Origin: an uncultured Hormoscilla sp.
Lineage (GTDB): Bacteria > Cyanobacteriota > Cyanobacteriia > Cyanobacteriales > Desertifilaceae
DNA: 64,000 bases
Assembly: GCA_963921275.4 (NCBI GenBank)
Contig: OZ001293.3
Coordinates: 3,936,001 to 4,000,000 of the forward strand
Reading direction: 5' to 3'
Program-made: the position numbers and the translations under genes
Shown here: positions 25,168 to 36,134 of the stretch, piece after piece
How positions within the stretch are numbered: position 1 is the stretch's first letter
Layout: every line of letters begins with the position of its first letter
The notes under the pieces: model-generated
Databases searched by the model: none
What the model was told of the DNA's origin: nothing
Seen by the model: only the letters and a program-made list of their open reading frames with translations

Positions 25168-26676
25168 ATGCCACCTGTATCTACCCCACCCCAAAATTTT
25201 GATGTCATCGTCATCGGCGCTGGCATCGGCGGACTGGTAACCGCCACTCAATTAGCAGCAAAAGGTGCTCAAGTCCTGGTCCTAGAAAGCTACCTCATCC
25301 CGGGTGGTAGTGCCGGTTACTTTGAACGGCAAGGCTATCGCTTTGATGTCGGTGCATCCATGATCTTCGGTTTTGGCAGCCAAGGCACCACCAACCTCCT
25401 CACGCGCGCCTTAGCAGCAGTCAATGTCAGCATAGAAACTATCCCCGACCCCGTACAGCTCCATTATCACCTGCCCAACAGCTTAGAACTGAAAGTACAT
25501 CGGGATTACGAACAATGGATAGCCGTACTAACTGCCAAATTTCCCCAGGAATGGGAAGGAATAAGTCGCTTTTATGACGAATGTTGGCAAGTATTCAACT
25601 GTCTGAACTCAATAGAATTGCTATCCCTAGAAGAACCGCGCTATTTAATGCGAGTATTTTTTCAGCATTCCCTAGCTTGTCTAGGTTTAGTCAAGTATCT
25701 GCCCCAGAATGCCGGGGACATTGCCCGTCGCTATATCAAAGATCCCGAACTATTGAAATTCATCGATATAGAATGCTATTGTTGGTCGGTAGTCCCCGCT
25801 GACATGACCCCAATGATTAATGCAGGCATGGTATTTTCTGACAGGCATTATGGCGGCATCAACTATCCTCAAGGCGGAGTAGGACAGATAGCGCAAAAGC
25901 TAGTGCAAGGATTGGAAAAAGCCGGGGGTAAAATTCAATACAAGTCGAGAGTGACCCAAATATTGCTGGACAAAGGTAAAGCGGTAGGAGTGAAATTAGC
26001 GAATGGGAAAATATATCATGGCAAACGCATAGTGTCAAATGCTACCCGCTGGGATACCTTTTCAAAGTTACTGCCTCAGATACCAGCAGCAGAAAAGAAA
26101 TGGCAGCAGCGTTATCAAAAATCTCCCAGTTTCCTAAGTTTGCATTTAGGAGTGAAAGCAGAAAATCTGCCCCCAGGAACAGAATGTCATCATATAATTC
26201 TGGAAAATTGGAGTAAAATGGCAGCAGAACAGGGAACGCTGTTCGTGTCCATTCCTACCCTGCTGGACTCAAGTTTAGCCCCAAAAGGATATCAGATTAT
26301 ACACAGCTTTACCCCCAGTTGGGTGGAAGAATGGCAAGGGTTGTCAGCCCGTGCATATGCAGAGAAAAAAGCAGCAGCAGCAACAGCAATTATTAACCGG
26401 TTAGAAAAGATATGGCCAGGAATCAAAGATGGGTTAGAACATATTGAAGTAGGCACGCCGCGCACCCATCGGCGTTTCTTAAATCGGCAGGATGGCACCT
26501 ATGGACCCATTCCCAGACGCAAGCTATGGGGATTGTTAGCCATGCCCTTTAACCGGACATCGATACCGGGTCTATACTGCGTAGGAGATAGTACATTCCC
26601 CGGACAAGGGTTAAATGCAGTGGCGTTCTCAGGTTTTGCTTGTGCTCATCGCATTGCAGTAGATTTGGGTTTGTAG
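25168..26676 (+). CDS. crtH: Carotenoid isomerase
   Basis: IGAGIGG FAD motif, [50 protein letters not shown]. Confidence 0.93.
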   Translation: MPPVSTPPQNFDVIVIGAGIGGLVTATQLAAKGAQVLVLESYLIPGGSAGYFERQGYRFDVGASMIFGFGSQGTTNLLTRALAAVNVSIETIPDPVQLHYHLPNSLELKVHRDYEQWIAVLTAKFPQEWEGISRFYDECWQVFNCLNSIELLSLEEPRYLMRVFFQHSLACLGLVKYLPQNAGDIARRYIKDPELLKFIDIECYCWSVVPADMTPMINAGMVFSDRHYGGINYPQGGVGQIAQKLVQGLEKAGGKIQYKSRVTQILLDKGKAVGVKLANGKIYHGKRIVSNATRWDTFSKLLPQIPAAEKKWQQRYQKSPSFLSLHLGVKAENLPPGTECHHIILENWSKMAAEQGTLFVSIPTLLDSSLAPKGYQIIHSFTPSWVEEWQGLSARAYAEKKAAAATAIINRLEKIWPGIKDGLEHIEVGTPRTHRRFLNRQDGTYGPIPRRKLWGLLAMPFNRTSIPGLYCVGDSTFPGQGLNAVAFSGFACAHRIAVDLGL

Positions 26677-26943
26677 AACGGGCGGATACGTAAGGATTGA
26701 ACCGGTGTAAATAAGAAGCAAAGAGGAGAAGAGAAAAAATGTGGCAATGATATTGACAAGGGGAAAGGACAGGTGCAATAATCAACAGTCCGTGTCTCCT
26801 GGGTAGTGCTTTTAGCGCTCCCAGGAGACACGGCGGAAGAGTACAGTGAGTATTATTGTAGGTAAAGGGGAAACCCAAAAGCAGAAAAATTAAGGCGCAA
26901 CTAGCGCGATCGGTTAGAAAAAAAGACTCAAGGGAGAATATTA

Positions 26944-28044
26944 ATGGCTTTGATTTTGGACATTGATGGCAATGGCGCATTAGACGCCCTGACAGATGGC
27001 AGGTTGGTGCTGCTATATCTGTTAGAACAGTTGAATGAGAGTGTGATACAAGACTCGCTCGACCTGGAGAATGCGACTCGAACTACCCTAGGGGAGATAG
27101 AAGCATACCTGGATAGTATACGTGACCTGCTGGATATCGATGGCGATGGCACAGTAGACGCCCTGAGTGACGGGGTGCTGAACGTAGCTAATCAGTTGGG
27201 GGTACTTTCGGGGGTAATACAGACAGCTGTCAGGGAGAGTGCAACGAGAACTACATCAGAAGAGATCGGAGCATACCTGGATTCCTTACAGAATGAGCCT
27301 CCGGTAGCTGCTGATGACCAGGCGATCATTGGTCAGGAGGCAGAAACATCGATCCCAGTTCTGGGAAATGACTCAGATCCGAATGGAAACCCGCTGAGAA
27401 TTACTGAGACAACGGACCCAGCGAATGGTTCGGTTACTATAAGCGGGGACCAGGTGGTCTATACTTCAGATCCGGGCTTCACGGGAACGGATAGCTTCAC
27501 CTACAGTATTAGTGACGGGGCGGCGACCTCTTCGGCCACAGTGACAGTCACTGTACAGCCAGCGGATCAGCCATTAACTGGTACAGATTCCGCAGATGTG
27601 CTGATCGGTGACAATAATCTTGTCAGCCTTGGGGCGACAGTAGAACAAATAATCGGCGGCGCTGGAGATGATATTCTAGTTGGCGGACGCGGTGCCGACC
27701 TATTGACAGGGGGTGAAGGTGCCGATCGGTTTGAGTATTTGAGCTTGGCTGACAGCGGTGCCGACCCCGATGCTACCTTAGAATCGGGGGATAATATTCA
27801 AGATTTCGACCCAACTGTTGATACAATTGCCCTATTGTTTGACGTGGCTCCAGGTACGCCAGTCGCACTAGAAGATGTGACAATTAACCTGAGTTTCATC
27901 AACCTAGGCTTAGCTACGATTGGGCTTTCTGCTCTGAACACAGAGGACAATCAGTTTCTGCCCGAGCAATTTACCATCAGGTTGAACAATTTAGATCCAG
28001 CAACTACTGCCGAGGATATCCTCGGTGCGATCGTCTTTGCATAG
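26944..28044 (+). CDS. Acidic Ca-binding surface protein (DxDGNG repeats, Ig-like domain, RTX nonapeptides)
   Basis: LDIDG(N/D)GxxDAL(T/S)DG x2, PPVAADD..VLGNDSDPNG..FTGTDSFTY, GGAGDDILVGGRGADLLTGGEGAD. Confidence 0.85.
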   Translation: MALILDIDGNGALDALTDGRLVLLYLLEQLNESVIQDSLDLENATRTTLGEIEAYLDSIRDLLDIDGDGTVDALSDGVLNVANQLGVLSGVIQTAVRESATRTTSEEIGAYLDSLQNEPPVAADDQAIIGQEAETSIPVLGNDSDPNGNPLRITETTDPANGSVTISGDQVVYTSDPGFTGTDSFTYSISDGAATSSATVTVTVQPADQPLTGTDSADVLIGDNNLVSLGATVEQIIGGAGDDILVGGRGADLLTGGEGADRFEYLSLADSGADPDATLESGDNIQDFDPTVDTIALLFDVAPGTPVALEDVTINLSFINLGLATIGLSALNTEDNQFLPEQFTIRLNNLDPATTAEDILGAIVFA

Positions 28045-28088
28045 GCCCTAGGGCCCGCCCGGATATGGGCAGTTAAAAATCTATCTGC

Positions 28089-28119
28089 ACAAAAAAACCC
28101 GCCCAGGCGGTTTTTTTTG
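28089..28119 (+). terminator. Intrinsic terminator, probably bidirectional
   Basis: AAAAAAA-CCCGCC-CA-GGCGG-TTTTTTTT just downstream of the CDS. Confidence 0.75.
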
Positions 28120-28753
28120 TCAAACGGATACGCAGATCGCAGGGATAACACGGGGGCCAATGCAATCTGGTATGACGCTTTGCAATTGAATGAGCGTTGA
28201 ATCCCGCCATCCGCCTTAGGGAACAATAGCATTGATAGATATACGGATATTTCCGAGTCATATTTACACAAAAATCCGGAAGAGATGGTCATTTGCCTGT
28301 ATTAATATATAATTAAGGGGTGTTATCAAGGTCATACTCGCACATGTGAGCTATGTGAGTGACAGTGCAAAGAGAGGCATAGCCACAATCACAACAGCTA
28401 TATAGAGGATGTGCGATCGCCAATACCGCCATATCTGGATAAACGTAGCTTGATAGAGGAGTGGAGACTATGGGGGAAAAACTAATTTTATCTGCGATCA
28501 TTACTATTGTCTTCCAACTACAGCTTGCTGTCAAGTCTGAGACTATTAGCCTAAAAATGTCAGGGATTGAGCAAATTATCACTCATGAGATGATAACAGA
28601 AATAGCTAGAGAAAACCTAGACGATATGCTCAGGTGGTTGAGGCAGAAGCAAACAATGTTGAATTAATTAATAGGGCAGCGAATTGTTAATGGCTAATAG
28701 CTAATGGCGTCGAGAAGCAATTAGCTATTAGCAATTAGCGCATGGATCATAGA

Positions 28754-30634
28754 TTATTTGGCGGCGATCTTCAACTGATAAGAAATGGGTTTTCGGCTGT
28801 TGTTAACCACGACAAACTGATAGATACCAGTTTCAGGCAGGATAGCAGACAAGGAGGTTTTAGGGGAGTCCGCTAGCAAGGGATCGAGATCGGAAGTTTG
28901 GGGATAAATTGACAGCCCGGTGGTCCCAGAGGGCGACGCTTGCAGATCGACTTGCAAACGTTGACTTTGACCGAGACTGGCAGTGAAGATTTTACCTGTA
29001 CCGGGTATCAGGGTGCCCGGAACTTGTTTGCTGGAGGTATTGAGCGCAAATTTGATTTCCTCTACCCTATGTGGTATGGTAGAGACGAGGTCAGAGGCGA
29101 TCGCCTGCCAAACCTGACCGAAGGGATGTGCGAGAAAGGCGACAGCATTGTCAAACCGAGAGAGGGGCGAAAAACCAAACAAATGCCCAAAGCGGGCATC
29201 GGTTAAATCGTTCAGAGCCAGGCTATTGATGTTATACTGAGCGAGTGCAGCTTGCCAGCTGCGAAGATCGGCCTGGGTGTAATTTCCCATCTGACGGCGG
29301 GCCGGATCGCTGATGGTCTCCAGTTTATCCAAAGATGCAGCGGCAATTGCATCCCACTGGGCCCGGAACTGGGCATCGGATGGTTTATCGGTAAATTGAC
29401 GACCTTTTAAGTTCGGGTTTTGGGCGTAGAATTGCTCGTTGACTAAATCGATGAAAAAATAGTCGTCAATGCTGAGGGACAAGCGGCGATCGCGCAGTCT
29501 TTGTTTGCGCAGCTGTTCCTCTGGGGATATTGCTGTTTGATGAAGTCCAGAACCCCCGGTCCGGGTATTGATCCAAGCATTACGTGCCCAGAGGCCAACG
29601 CCACCGATACTAGCAAGCAGAAAACCCACCAGGAAGATTTTCCTCAAACTGAATTTACTCAGAACCGTAGCAGTTGTAGTGAGGTTCCTAGCAGCATAGG
29701 GGGATCTGGAGGCGGTAGCAGGAGTAACGGGAGGTGGCGTGAGGGGCCTGGTGGTGACGGGATTGGGAACGGGATATGAATTGAGGACTTCCAGTACGGC
29801 ACGGGCATTGGCGGGGCGATCGCCGGGTAATTCGGCCAGCATGTGGTCCAAAAGAGCGGATAAATGGGGGCTAATATTAATAACCTGTGAGTGCCAATTC
29901 CATTGTAGAGTATCGGGGTGCATCAGGGACTGAGGTTCCCTGCCTGTCAGCAACACCAGACAGGTAGTGGCCAGGGCATACAGGTCACTACGAGGAGAGA
30001 CTATCCCCATCTGCATTTGCTCTTTAGGGGCATATCCAGATTTCCCCAGCAGAGTGACTGGTGCATTAGCAGCTTTGGGATTAAGCTGAGAGGAGACCTT
30101 GGCCGCTACTTGCTTGACGCCACCAAAATCAATCAGCACGGGTAGCCGGTCAGAATGCCGTAAAATCAGATTTTCTGGGGAGATGTCGCGGTGAATTACA
30201 CCTTTGGCATGGATGTAGGACAACACGGGCAATAGCTGAATTAGCAGTTGAGTTACCTCGGCCTCATTAAAGCAGAGTCTCTGACTTTTACGGGCTGCCA
30301 GTAACTCCCGATAGCTTTGACCCTCGGCATAATCCTGCACTAGAAACAGTAACTCGACAGTACCATTTTTCACCCGAAACAGCTCTCGGAACCGAGGAAT
30401 CTGGGGATGTTGCAGTTGATAGAGGACGCCAGCTTCCCGAGCAAAGAGTTCCTCGGCTTTTTGCAGGGCGTCGGGGGTTTGCACCTTGGGGGCAAATTGC
30501 TTGAGTACGCAGAGTTCGCCGAAGCGATTAGTATCTTCAGCTAGATAGGTGCGGCCAAAGCCACCATGCCCCAACTCGCGGACGAGGCGGTAGCGATCGC
30601 TTAAGATTGAGCCTGGATGAATAGGACTATTCAT
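28754..30634 (-). CDS. Hanks-type Ser/Thr protein kinase with TM segment
   Basis: LGHGGFGRTY, HRDISPEN, LIDFGGVK, GYAPKEQ, SDLYAL. Confidence 0.93.
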   Translation of the reverse strand: MNSPIHPGSILSDRYRLVRELGHGGFGRTYLAEDTNRFGELCVLKQFAPKVQTPDALQKAEELFAREAGVLYQLQHPQIPRFRELFRVKNGTVELLFLVQDYAEGQSYRELLAARKSQRLCFNEAEVTQLLIQLLPVLSYIHAKGVIHRDISPENLILRHSDRLPVLIDFGGVKQVAAKVSSQLNPKAANAPVTLLGKSGYAPKEQMQMGIVSPRSDLYALATTCLVLLTGREPQSLMHPDTLQWNWHSQVINISPHLSALLDHMLAELPGDRPANARAVLEVLNSYPVPNPVTTRPLTPPPVTPATASRSPYAARNLTTTATVLSKFSLRKIFLVGFLLASIGGVGLWARNAWINTRTGGSGLHQTAISPEEQLRKQRLRDRRLSLSIDDYFFIDLVNEQFYAQNPNLKGRQFTDKPSDAQFRAQWDAIAAASLDKLETISDPARRQMGNYTQADLRSWQAALAQYNINSLALNDLTDARFGHLFGFSPLSRFDNAVAFLAHPFGQVWQAIASDLVSTIPHRVEEIKFALNTSSKQVPGTLIPGTGKIFTASLGQSQRLQVDLQASPSGTTGLSIYPQTSDLDPLLADSPKTSLSAILPETGIYQFVVVNNSRKPISYQLKIAAK

Positions 30635-30833
30635 AGCAAAAACCAAGTGAAACCTACATTTTGAAAGATCGAGGCAGGAAATCTAAAATCGGGAATCTGT
30701 GTCCCCTGGTAGGAGGACTCAGAAGGGATTGGATCCATAGGGTGACTTGACTAACGGCCATCTTCATAGTATCTAATAGTAGAAACTGCCTTCTTCCTGA
30801 TTTAAGCTGCCCAATCCCGAGGGGGTTGTTGCC

Positions 30834-33071
30834 ATGAAATTACCTTTTGGTCGTCCGACCCCGAGTCGCCGGGTCGAACCCCCTGAAGCTGCCAGTTCGG
30901 GTTTAGGAACCTTCGGTGGGGTCTATACACCATCGCTCCTCACCATCCTGGGCGTGATCATGTACTTGCGCTTTGGCTGGGTAGTCGGTAATGTGGGTTT
31001 GATCGGCACTCTGCTCGTCGTTACCCTCTCGACATCGATTACCTTTTTGACTTCCCTGTCCATCTGCGCGATCGCCACTGACCGGGTAGTGCGGGCAGGG
31101 GGTGCCTATCACATGATTAGCCGTTCTCTGGGCATTGAAACGGGAGGTGCGGTGGGCATCCCCCTCTATTTTGCCCAAGCGCTTTCGGTAGCCCTCTATA
31201 CCATCGGTTTTGCGGAGAGCGTGGTGCAAACCTTCGGTGGACTGAATCAACTGTATGTAGCGCTGATTACCACCATTGCCGTAGCAGTCCTGGCTCTGAC
31301 TTCAGCTAGCATCGCGATCAAGGCCCAGTATTTGATTATGGGAGCGATCGCTCTATCCTTGCTGTCTTTGCTGTTCGGACAGCCGATCGAAAATAGCAAT
31401 ATGGAAATGTGGGGCGCACCAGCAAGTGATTCAGAACCATTTTGGACGGTTTTTGCCATCTTCTTCCCCGCCGTGACGGGCATCATGTCGGGGATAAATA
31501 TGTCGGGAGACCTTAAAGATCCGACTCGTTCCATTCCCATTGGGACTCTAGCCGCTGTAGGCACGGGATATGTGATATATATGGTGCTACCGATTATACT
31601 AGCAATGCGGGCAGATGCAAGCACCCTCATTGCCGAACCCTTGATTATGAAGCAGATGGCGTTTTGGGGAGATGCCATCTTGCTGGGGGTGTGGGGGGCG
31701 ACTCTCTCTAGCGCCCTGGGGATTATTCTGGGTGCGCCTCGGGTGTTGCAGGCATTGGCCAGAGATGGGGTATTGCCCCGTTGGCTGAGTTTTCTGGGCA
31801 CGGGTAGCGGGCGAGATGACGAACCCCGTGTCGGTACTGCTGTTACTTTGGGGGTGGCGATCGCGGTTATCTGCATCGGGGACTTAAACTTAATCGCCCC
31901 AGTGCTGACGATGTTCTTTCTGACTACCTATATGGTACTGAATGTCTCCGCAGGCATCGAAGGTTTCCTGCAAAGTCCCTCCTTCCGTCCCACATTTCGG
32001 GTCCATTGGGGACTGTCATTGCTAGGGGCCCTGGGATGCATTGCTATCATGTTCTTAATCAATGCAGTTGCTACAGTAGTGGCCGCCTTGATTGTCTTGG
32101 CGATCTACATTTGGTTGCAACGGCGGGAGTTAGAAACGACTTGGGGGGATGCCCGACAGGGAATATGGATGGCCCTGTTGCGGGAAGGCATTTTTCAGAT
32201 CTCTCATGCGGAAGACACGAAGAACTGGCGACCCCATATTCTGGTGCTTTCTGGCATCCCGCGAAAACGCTGGTCTTTAATTGAATTAGCAGATGCTCTC
32301 ACCCACAACCGAGGTTTGATTACGGTTTCTAGCGTACTGCCCAGCGGGGCCCGGGATATGGGTCAGCAGGCGGAGAGTGAAGAAAAAATCCGCGATTATC
32401 TGGAAAGGCGTGGGGTACAGGCCCTGGTGCGCTTGGTGACGGCCTCGGACCCCTTTGAGGGGGCCTTGCGACTGGTGGAAACCTATGGGTTGGGCCTCCT
32501 GGTCCCGAACACGATTTTGCTGGGTGATAGCGAGGCACCCGAAAGGCGCGATCGATACTGTCAGCTAATTGCCCAGATCCATCGAGCGAAGCGGAATGTG
32601 GTCATTTTCCGGGAAAATCCCGATCGGGGTTTTGGTCGTCGCCGCCGCATTGATGTCTGGTGGGGAGGTTTGCAAGCCAATGGCGGTTTAATGCTCATCC
32701 TAGCCTATCTGCTGCGGACTGACATTGATTGGCATAATGCCCAGATTTATCTTAAGCTTGTGGTTCCCGACCAGACTGCTGCCCAAGCAGCAGAGATAAA
32801 TGTAAATAATCTGATGAAACAGCTACGCATTGGGGCTGTGTCGCAAGTCCTAGTGGCAGACGATCGTCCTTTTAATGCGATCCTGCACGAGTCGTCAGGG
32901 AATGCTGACTTGGTATTTCTAGGGATGGCGAAGCCGAGGGATAATTACACCCAATATTATGAAGGCTTGCAAGCCCGTACTGCTGGTCTGCCTCCGACGG
33001 TGTTTGTGCTGGCGGCCCCTGGTTTTGCCTTTGAGGAGGTTCTCACCGAGAGTACCCCGAGTCAAAAGTAA
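30834..33071 (+). CDS. Cation-chloride cotransporter / amino-acid permease (APC superfamily)
   Basis: LGTFGGVYTPSLLTILGVIMYLRFGWVVG, FAIFFPAVTGIMSG, KNWRPHIL, IDVWWGG. Confidence 0.92.
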   Translation: MKLPFGRPTPSRRVEPPEAASSGLGTFGGVYTPSLLTILGVIMYLRFGWVVGNVGLIGTLLVVTLSTSITFLTSLSICAIATDRVVRAGGAYHMISRSLGIETGGAVGIPLYFAQALSVALYTIGFAESVVQTFGGLNQLYVALITTIAVAVLALTSASIAIKAQYLIMGAIALSLLSLLFGQPIENSNMEMWGAPASDSEPFWTVFAIFFPAVTGIMSGINMSGDLKDPTRSIPIGTLAAVGTGYVIYMVLPIILAMRADASTLIAEPLIMKQMAFWGDAILLGVWGATLSSALGIILGAPRVLQALARDGVLPRWLSFLGTGSGRDDEPRVGTAVTLGVAIAVICIGDLNLIAPVLTMFFLTTYMVLNVSAGIEGFLQSPSFRPTFRVHWGLSLLGALGCIAIMFLINAVATVVAALIVLAIYIWLQRRELETTWGDARQGIWMALLREGIFQISHAEDTKNWRPHILVLSGIPRKRWSLIELADALTHNRGLITVSSVLPSGARDMGQQAESEEKIRDYLERRGVQALVRLVTASDPFEGALRLVETYGLGLLVPNTILLGDSEAPERRDRYCQLIAQIHRAKRNVVIFRENPDRGFGRRRRIDVWWGGLQANGGLMLILAYLLRTDIDWHNAQIYLKLVVPDQTAAQAAEINVNNLMKQLRIGAVSQVLVADDRPFNAILHESSGNADLVFLGMAKPRDNYTQYYEGLQARTAGLPPTVFVLAAPGFAFEEVLTESTPSQK

Positions 33072-33132
33072 GGGTTTGTAGTAAGCACGAAGCGTGCTTA
33101 CCTCGCGCAAGGACTAAGTCCTTACTACGAAC

Positions 33133-33253
33133 TATAGCGAATCTAAATCATTTGTGCAAATATCTCGGGGGGAGCGCCTGCAGCTCAAACCCTTGCAGGA
33201 CAAGTATTTGAGCACAAAAATGATTATTGCACAACTCATTTAGGCTTGCTATA
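33133..33253. mobile_element. TA-flanked MITE between two REP copies
   Basis: TATAGCGAATCTAAATCATTTGTGCAA / TTGCACAACTCATTTAGGCTTGCTATA inverted ends. Confidence 0.75.
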
Positions 33254-33362
33254 TGGCCGAGTCAAAAGTAAAGGTTTGTAGTAAGCACGAAGCGTGCTTA
33301 CCTCGCGCAAGGATTAAAGTCCTTACTACGAACTATGGTTTTACGAAAAATGGCGAATGGTC

Positions 33363-34058
33363 CTAGATGCTGCCATAAACGGGGATGAGGGCACCTCGGA
33401 CATCTGCTGCTGCTTCCGAGGCGAGAAAGCAGATAACTTGCGCTAATGATTCAGGTTTTACCCAGTTCTCAGCATTTTCCACACCCATAGCTTCCCGGTT
33501 AGTGGGAGTATCAAATATGCTGGGGAGCACGACATTGGCAGTGATGTTGGTGCCCTTGGTTTCGTCGGCGATCGCTTGTGTCAGGGCGATTACTGCCGCC
33601 TTTGAGGCCCCATAGGATGCCATCTGTGCTGCGGGTTGCACGGCCCCCCGCGATCCGATAGTGACAATGCGACCATAGCCATGTGCGAGCATTTTCCGCA
33701 AGCTGTGCTTGGAGGTCAAGAATGTAGTATGCAAGTTTAAGTCAAAGTCTTGTTTCCAAAGTTGATAACTGTATTCGTGGGTTTTGCCCATGGAAAAGCC
33801 CCCCACCAGATGCAGTAAAACATCTACTCGTCCCATATCGTTCACCAGTTGTTCTACCGCTGGTTCCTGGGTGAGATCGAGGTCTACAAATCGGATCTTC
33901 GCGAAGTCGGCGGCTGGTAGAATGCTTTTGAGGCGATCGACATGTTTTTGAGTGCGATAGGGAATGGTTACCTGGGCACCTCGGGCGAGGGCGAGGGGGA
34001 CCACGCCGATGCCTAAACCGCCCGTACCGCCTGGGATTAAAACTTGTTTGTCTTTCAT
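33363..34058 (-). CDS. Short-chain dehydrogenase/reductase (FabG-like)
   Basis: GGTGGLG, YGASK. Confidence 0.9.
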   Translation of the reverse strand: MKDKQVLIPGGTGGLGIGVVPLALARGAQVTIPYRTQKHVDRLKSILPAADFAKIRFVDLDLTQEPAVEQLVNDMGRVDVLLHLVGGFSMGKTHEYSYQLWKQDFDLNLHTTFLTSKHSLRKMLAHGYGRIVTIGSRGAVQPAAQMASYGASKAAVIALTQAIADETKGTNITANVVLPSIFDTPTNREAMGVENAENWVKPESLAQVICFLASEAAADVRGALIPVYGSI

Positions 34059-34117
34059 AGTCTTATCTGTGTTAAGTCCTTAAGATATACTGACATTAAA
34101 GGGTTAATTTAATCAAG

Positions 34118-34480
34118 ATGCAAATTACTCAATGTCTGCATGCAGCTATCCTCGTGTCTGACCTGGAACGGGCAGAACAGTTTTATGGTAATGTGCTGGG
34201 ATTGCCCAAAGTGGATCGTCAGCTCAAATTCACGGGTGCCTGGTATCAAATCGGCAATTTCCAGATTCACCTAATTGAGAACCGAAATCTCGCGAATGCG
34301 CTGTTGAACTCAGAAAAATGGGGACAGAACCAGCACCTGGCCTTTTCTGTTGCTTGCTTGGATGAGACGAAACAGCAGCTTCTAGCTAACGGTTGTCCGA
34401 TGCAGATGAGTGCATCGGGTCGGGCCGCCCTGTTTACCCAAGACCCCGATGGCAATATCATTGAACTAAGTGAGGTCTAA
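34118..34480 (+). CDS. VOC/glyoxalase family protein
   Basis: HAAILVSDLERAEQFY, HLAFSV, DPDGNIIEL. Confidence 0.9.
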   Translation: MQITQCLHAAILVSDLERAEQFYGNVLGLPKVDRQLKFTGAWYQIGNFQIHLIENRNLANALLNSEKWGQNQHLAFSVACLDETKQQLLANGCPMQMSASGRAALFTQDPDGNIIELSEV

Positions 34481-34481
34481 T

Positions 34482-35105
34482 ATGATAACAATTCAAGCCA
34501 GTAAAGTAACTCTAGCCTACCTCAGAGAAAAATTAAATCTGCAACGGACGGCGGACGAGCATTTTTTTACCGAGTGGTTAACGGACTTGCCAGAATTATC
34601 CGATGCGGAAAAGCAAGCATTAGACCAGGTAAAAAGCAATTATATTTACTTGGCAGAACTCCGTCCGATGATGGAAGACATTGTCAAGATGGTGGTGGTA
34701 TCCCGGTTGCTAGAATTGGCAGGTTTTTTCCAACCGCCTTTTGAAATTGATGGCGAACCATCGATCGAGATATTTGTTGAGGACTCCGATGATGTGATTA
34801 AAGGAAATATCGATGTCTTGGTGTTGCACGAGCAATTATGGGTTATCGTCATCGAGTCTAAACGGAATGCGTTATCCTTGGAAGCAGGAAAACCACAGAT
34901 ATTAGCTGAAATGCTGGATAACCCTCATCCTGAAAAACCTTCCTTTGGATTAATTACCAATGGGAATTACTTCAGTTTTTTCAAGTTGATGAAGCAAGCA
35001 ACTACTGTATACGCAACCTCCCATGATTTCGCGATCGGACGCGGCAATGACTTGTACATTGTTCTCAGGATCCTTAAGCGTCTCGGTCAGTTGGCTTTGC
35101 AATGA
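34482..35105 (+). CDS. Restriction endonuclease-like protein (HsdR N-terminal-like)
   Basis: GNIDVLV..IVIESKR and GLITNG motifs. Confidence 0.75.
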   Translation: MITIQASKVTLAYLREKLNLQRTADEHFFTEWLTDLPELSDAEKQALDQVKSNYIYLAELRPMMEDIVKMVVVSRLLELAGFFQPPFEIDGEPSIEIFVEDSDDVIKGNIDVLVLHEQLWVIVIESKRNALSLEAGKPQILAEMLDNPHPEKPSFGLITNGNYFSFFKLMKQATTVYATSHDFAIGRGNDLYIVLRILKRLGQLALQ

Positions 35106-35185
35106 TAAGGTAAAGAGAGAAGATGGGAAGAGGGGCGATCGCCTTTGATTTGAGTAAGCACCCGATCGTTTCACCAATTCTTTAT

Positions 35186-35900
35186 AATTGCCATTTATGC
35201 AGTTAAAATGCTGTCTATTCAGCTAAATCCAGAAAAGCATTAATTTCTCCAACTAGCCATTCTTTCTCAGCTTGGGTAAAAAAGAAACCAAAACTATCAA
35301 TATGCGTCTTAACTCTACCAGATATAACGCGATCATATGAGTGCGATATTACTACACATACTGTCTACTGTATATTTTTTTTTATTTTTTAGCTCTTTAA
35401 TCCCTTGCAATTCTATCCGCTCTATTTTATTTGTACTCGTGTATGATTCCTTATTTAGTAAACCTAGAAAACTCTGCTGTAACCTAAAATTATCTTTGTC
35501 AATCCCTATTGCGATCGCCAGTGGCGATCGCAAACTATCCCTCATACCTACTATTAAATACATTGAGGATACTATCCATATTCCAAACATTATAATCATG
35601 ATTATACAACCCACTAGCATTTTTACAATAAAATCAGTTATTTCCTTAACAATACTCCGGACCGTTTTGGGTGTACGACGCTGTAAGGCTTACAGCGTCA
35701 GCCTTTGGGAGAGCGAGCCATTTTTTACAAGTTAGCCCTGGGGCTGACCTTGAAAAAAATGATGCCAGTATGCCGTAACCCTTGCTATATCGTGATTCTG
35801 GGGTATAAAAACTGTCCGGACTATTGAATTCGCCGATCTGTATGGGTCTACCGGAAATGGATGGCCAGTAACGTTTTTGGTTGGGTGTGATGCTCTCCAC
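35186..35900 (-). pseudogene. AT-rich membrane protein gene, fragmented
   Basis: Consecutive broken minus-strand frames with a hydrophobic segment. Confidence 0.4.
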
Positions 35901-36134
35901 GATCGCGCTCTTTGCGATCGTGGAATGGTTGGCAGGGTATTTAAGCCATAGCTTGGCCCTGCGATCGAATGCCTGGGTTGCAGATGCGGGCGCAATTTTG
36001 CTGGCGAAGAAGTGCGAGTTGGTTGACGGCTAATGTCGGCCGTCTAGATGCGATCGCCGCTAACCACAGTATTAAACTAAGCCAGTACGTCACCGTACCG
36101 ACTCGTCTTCAGAACCGGACGTGAAACTTTCATC

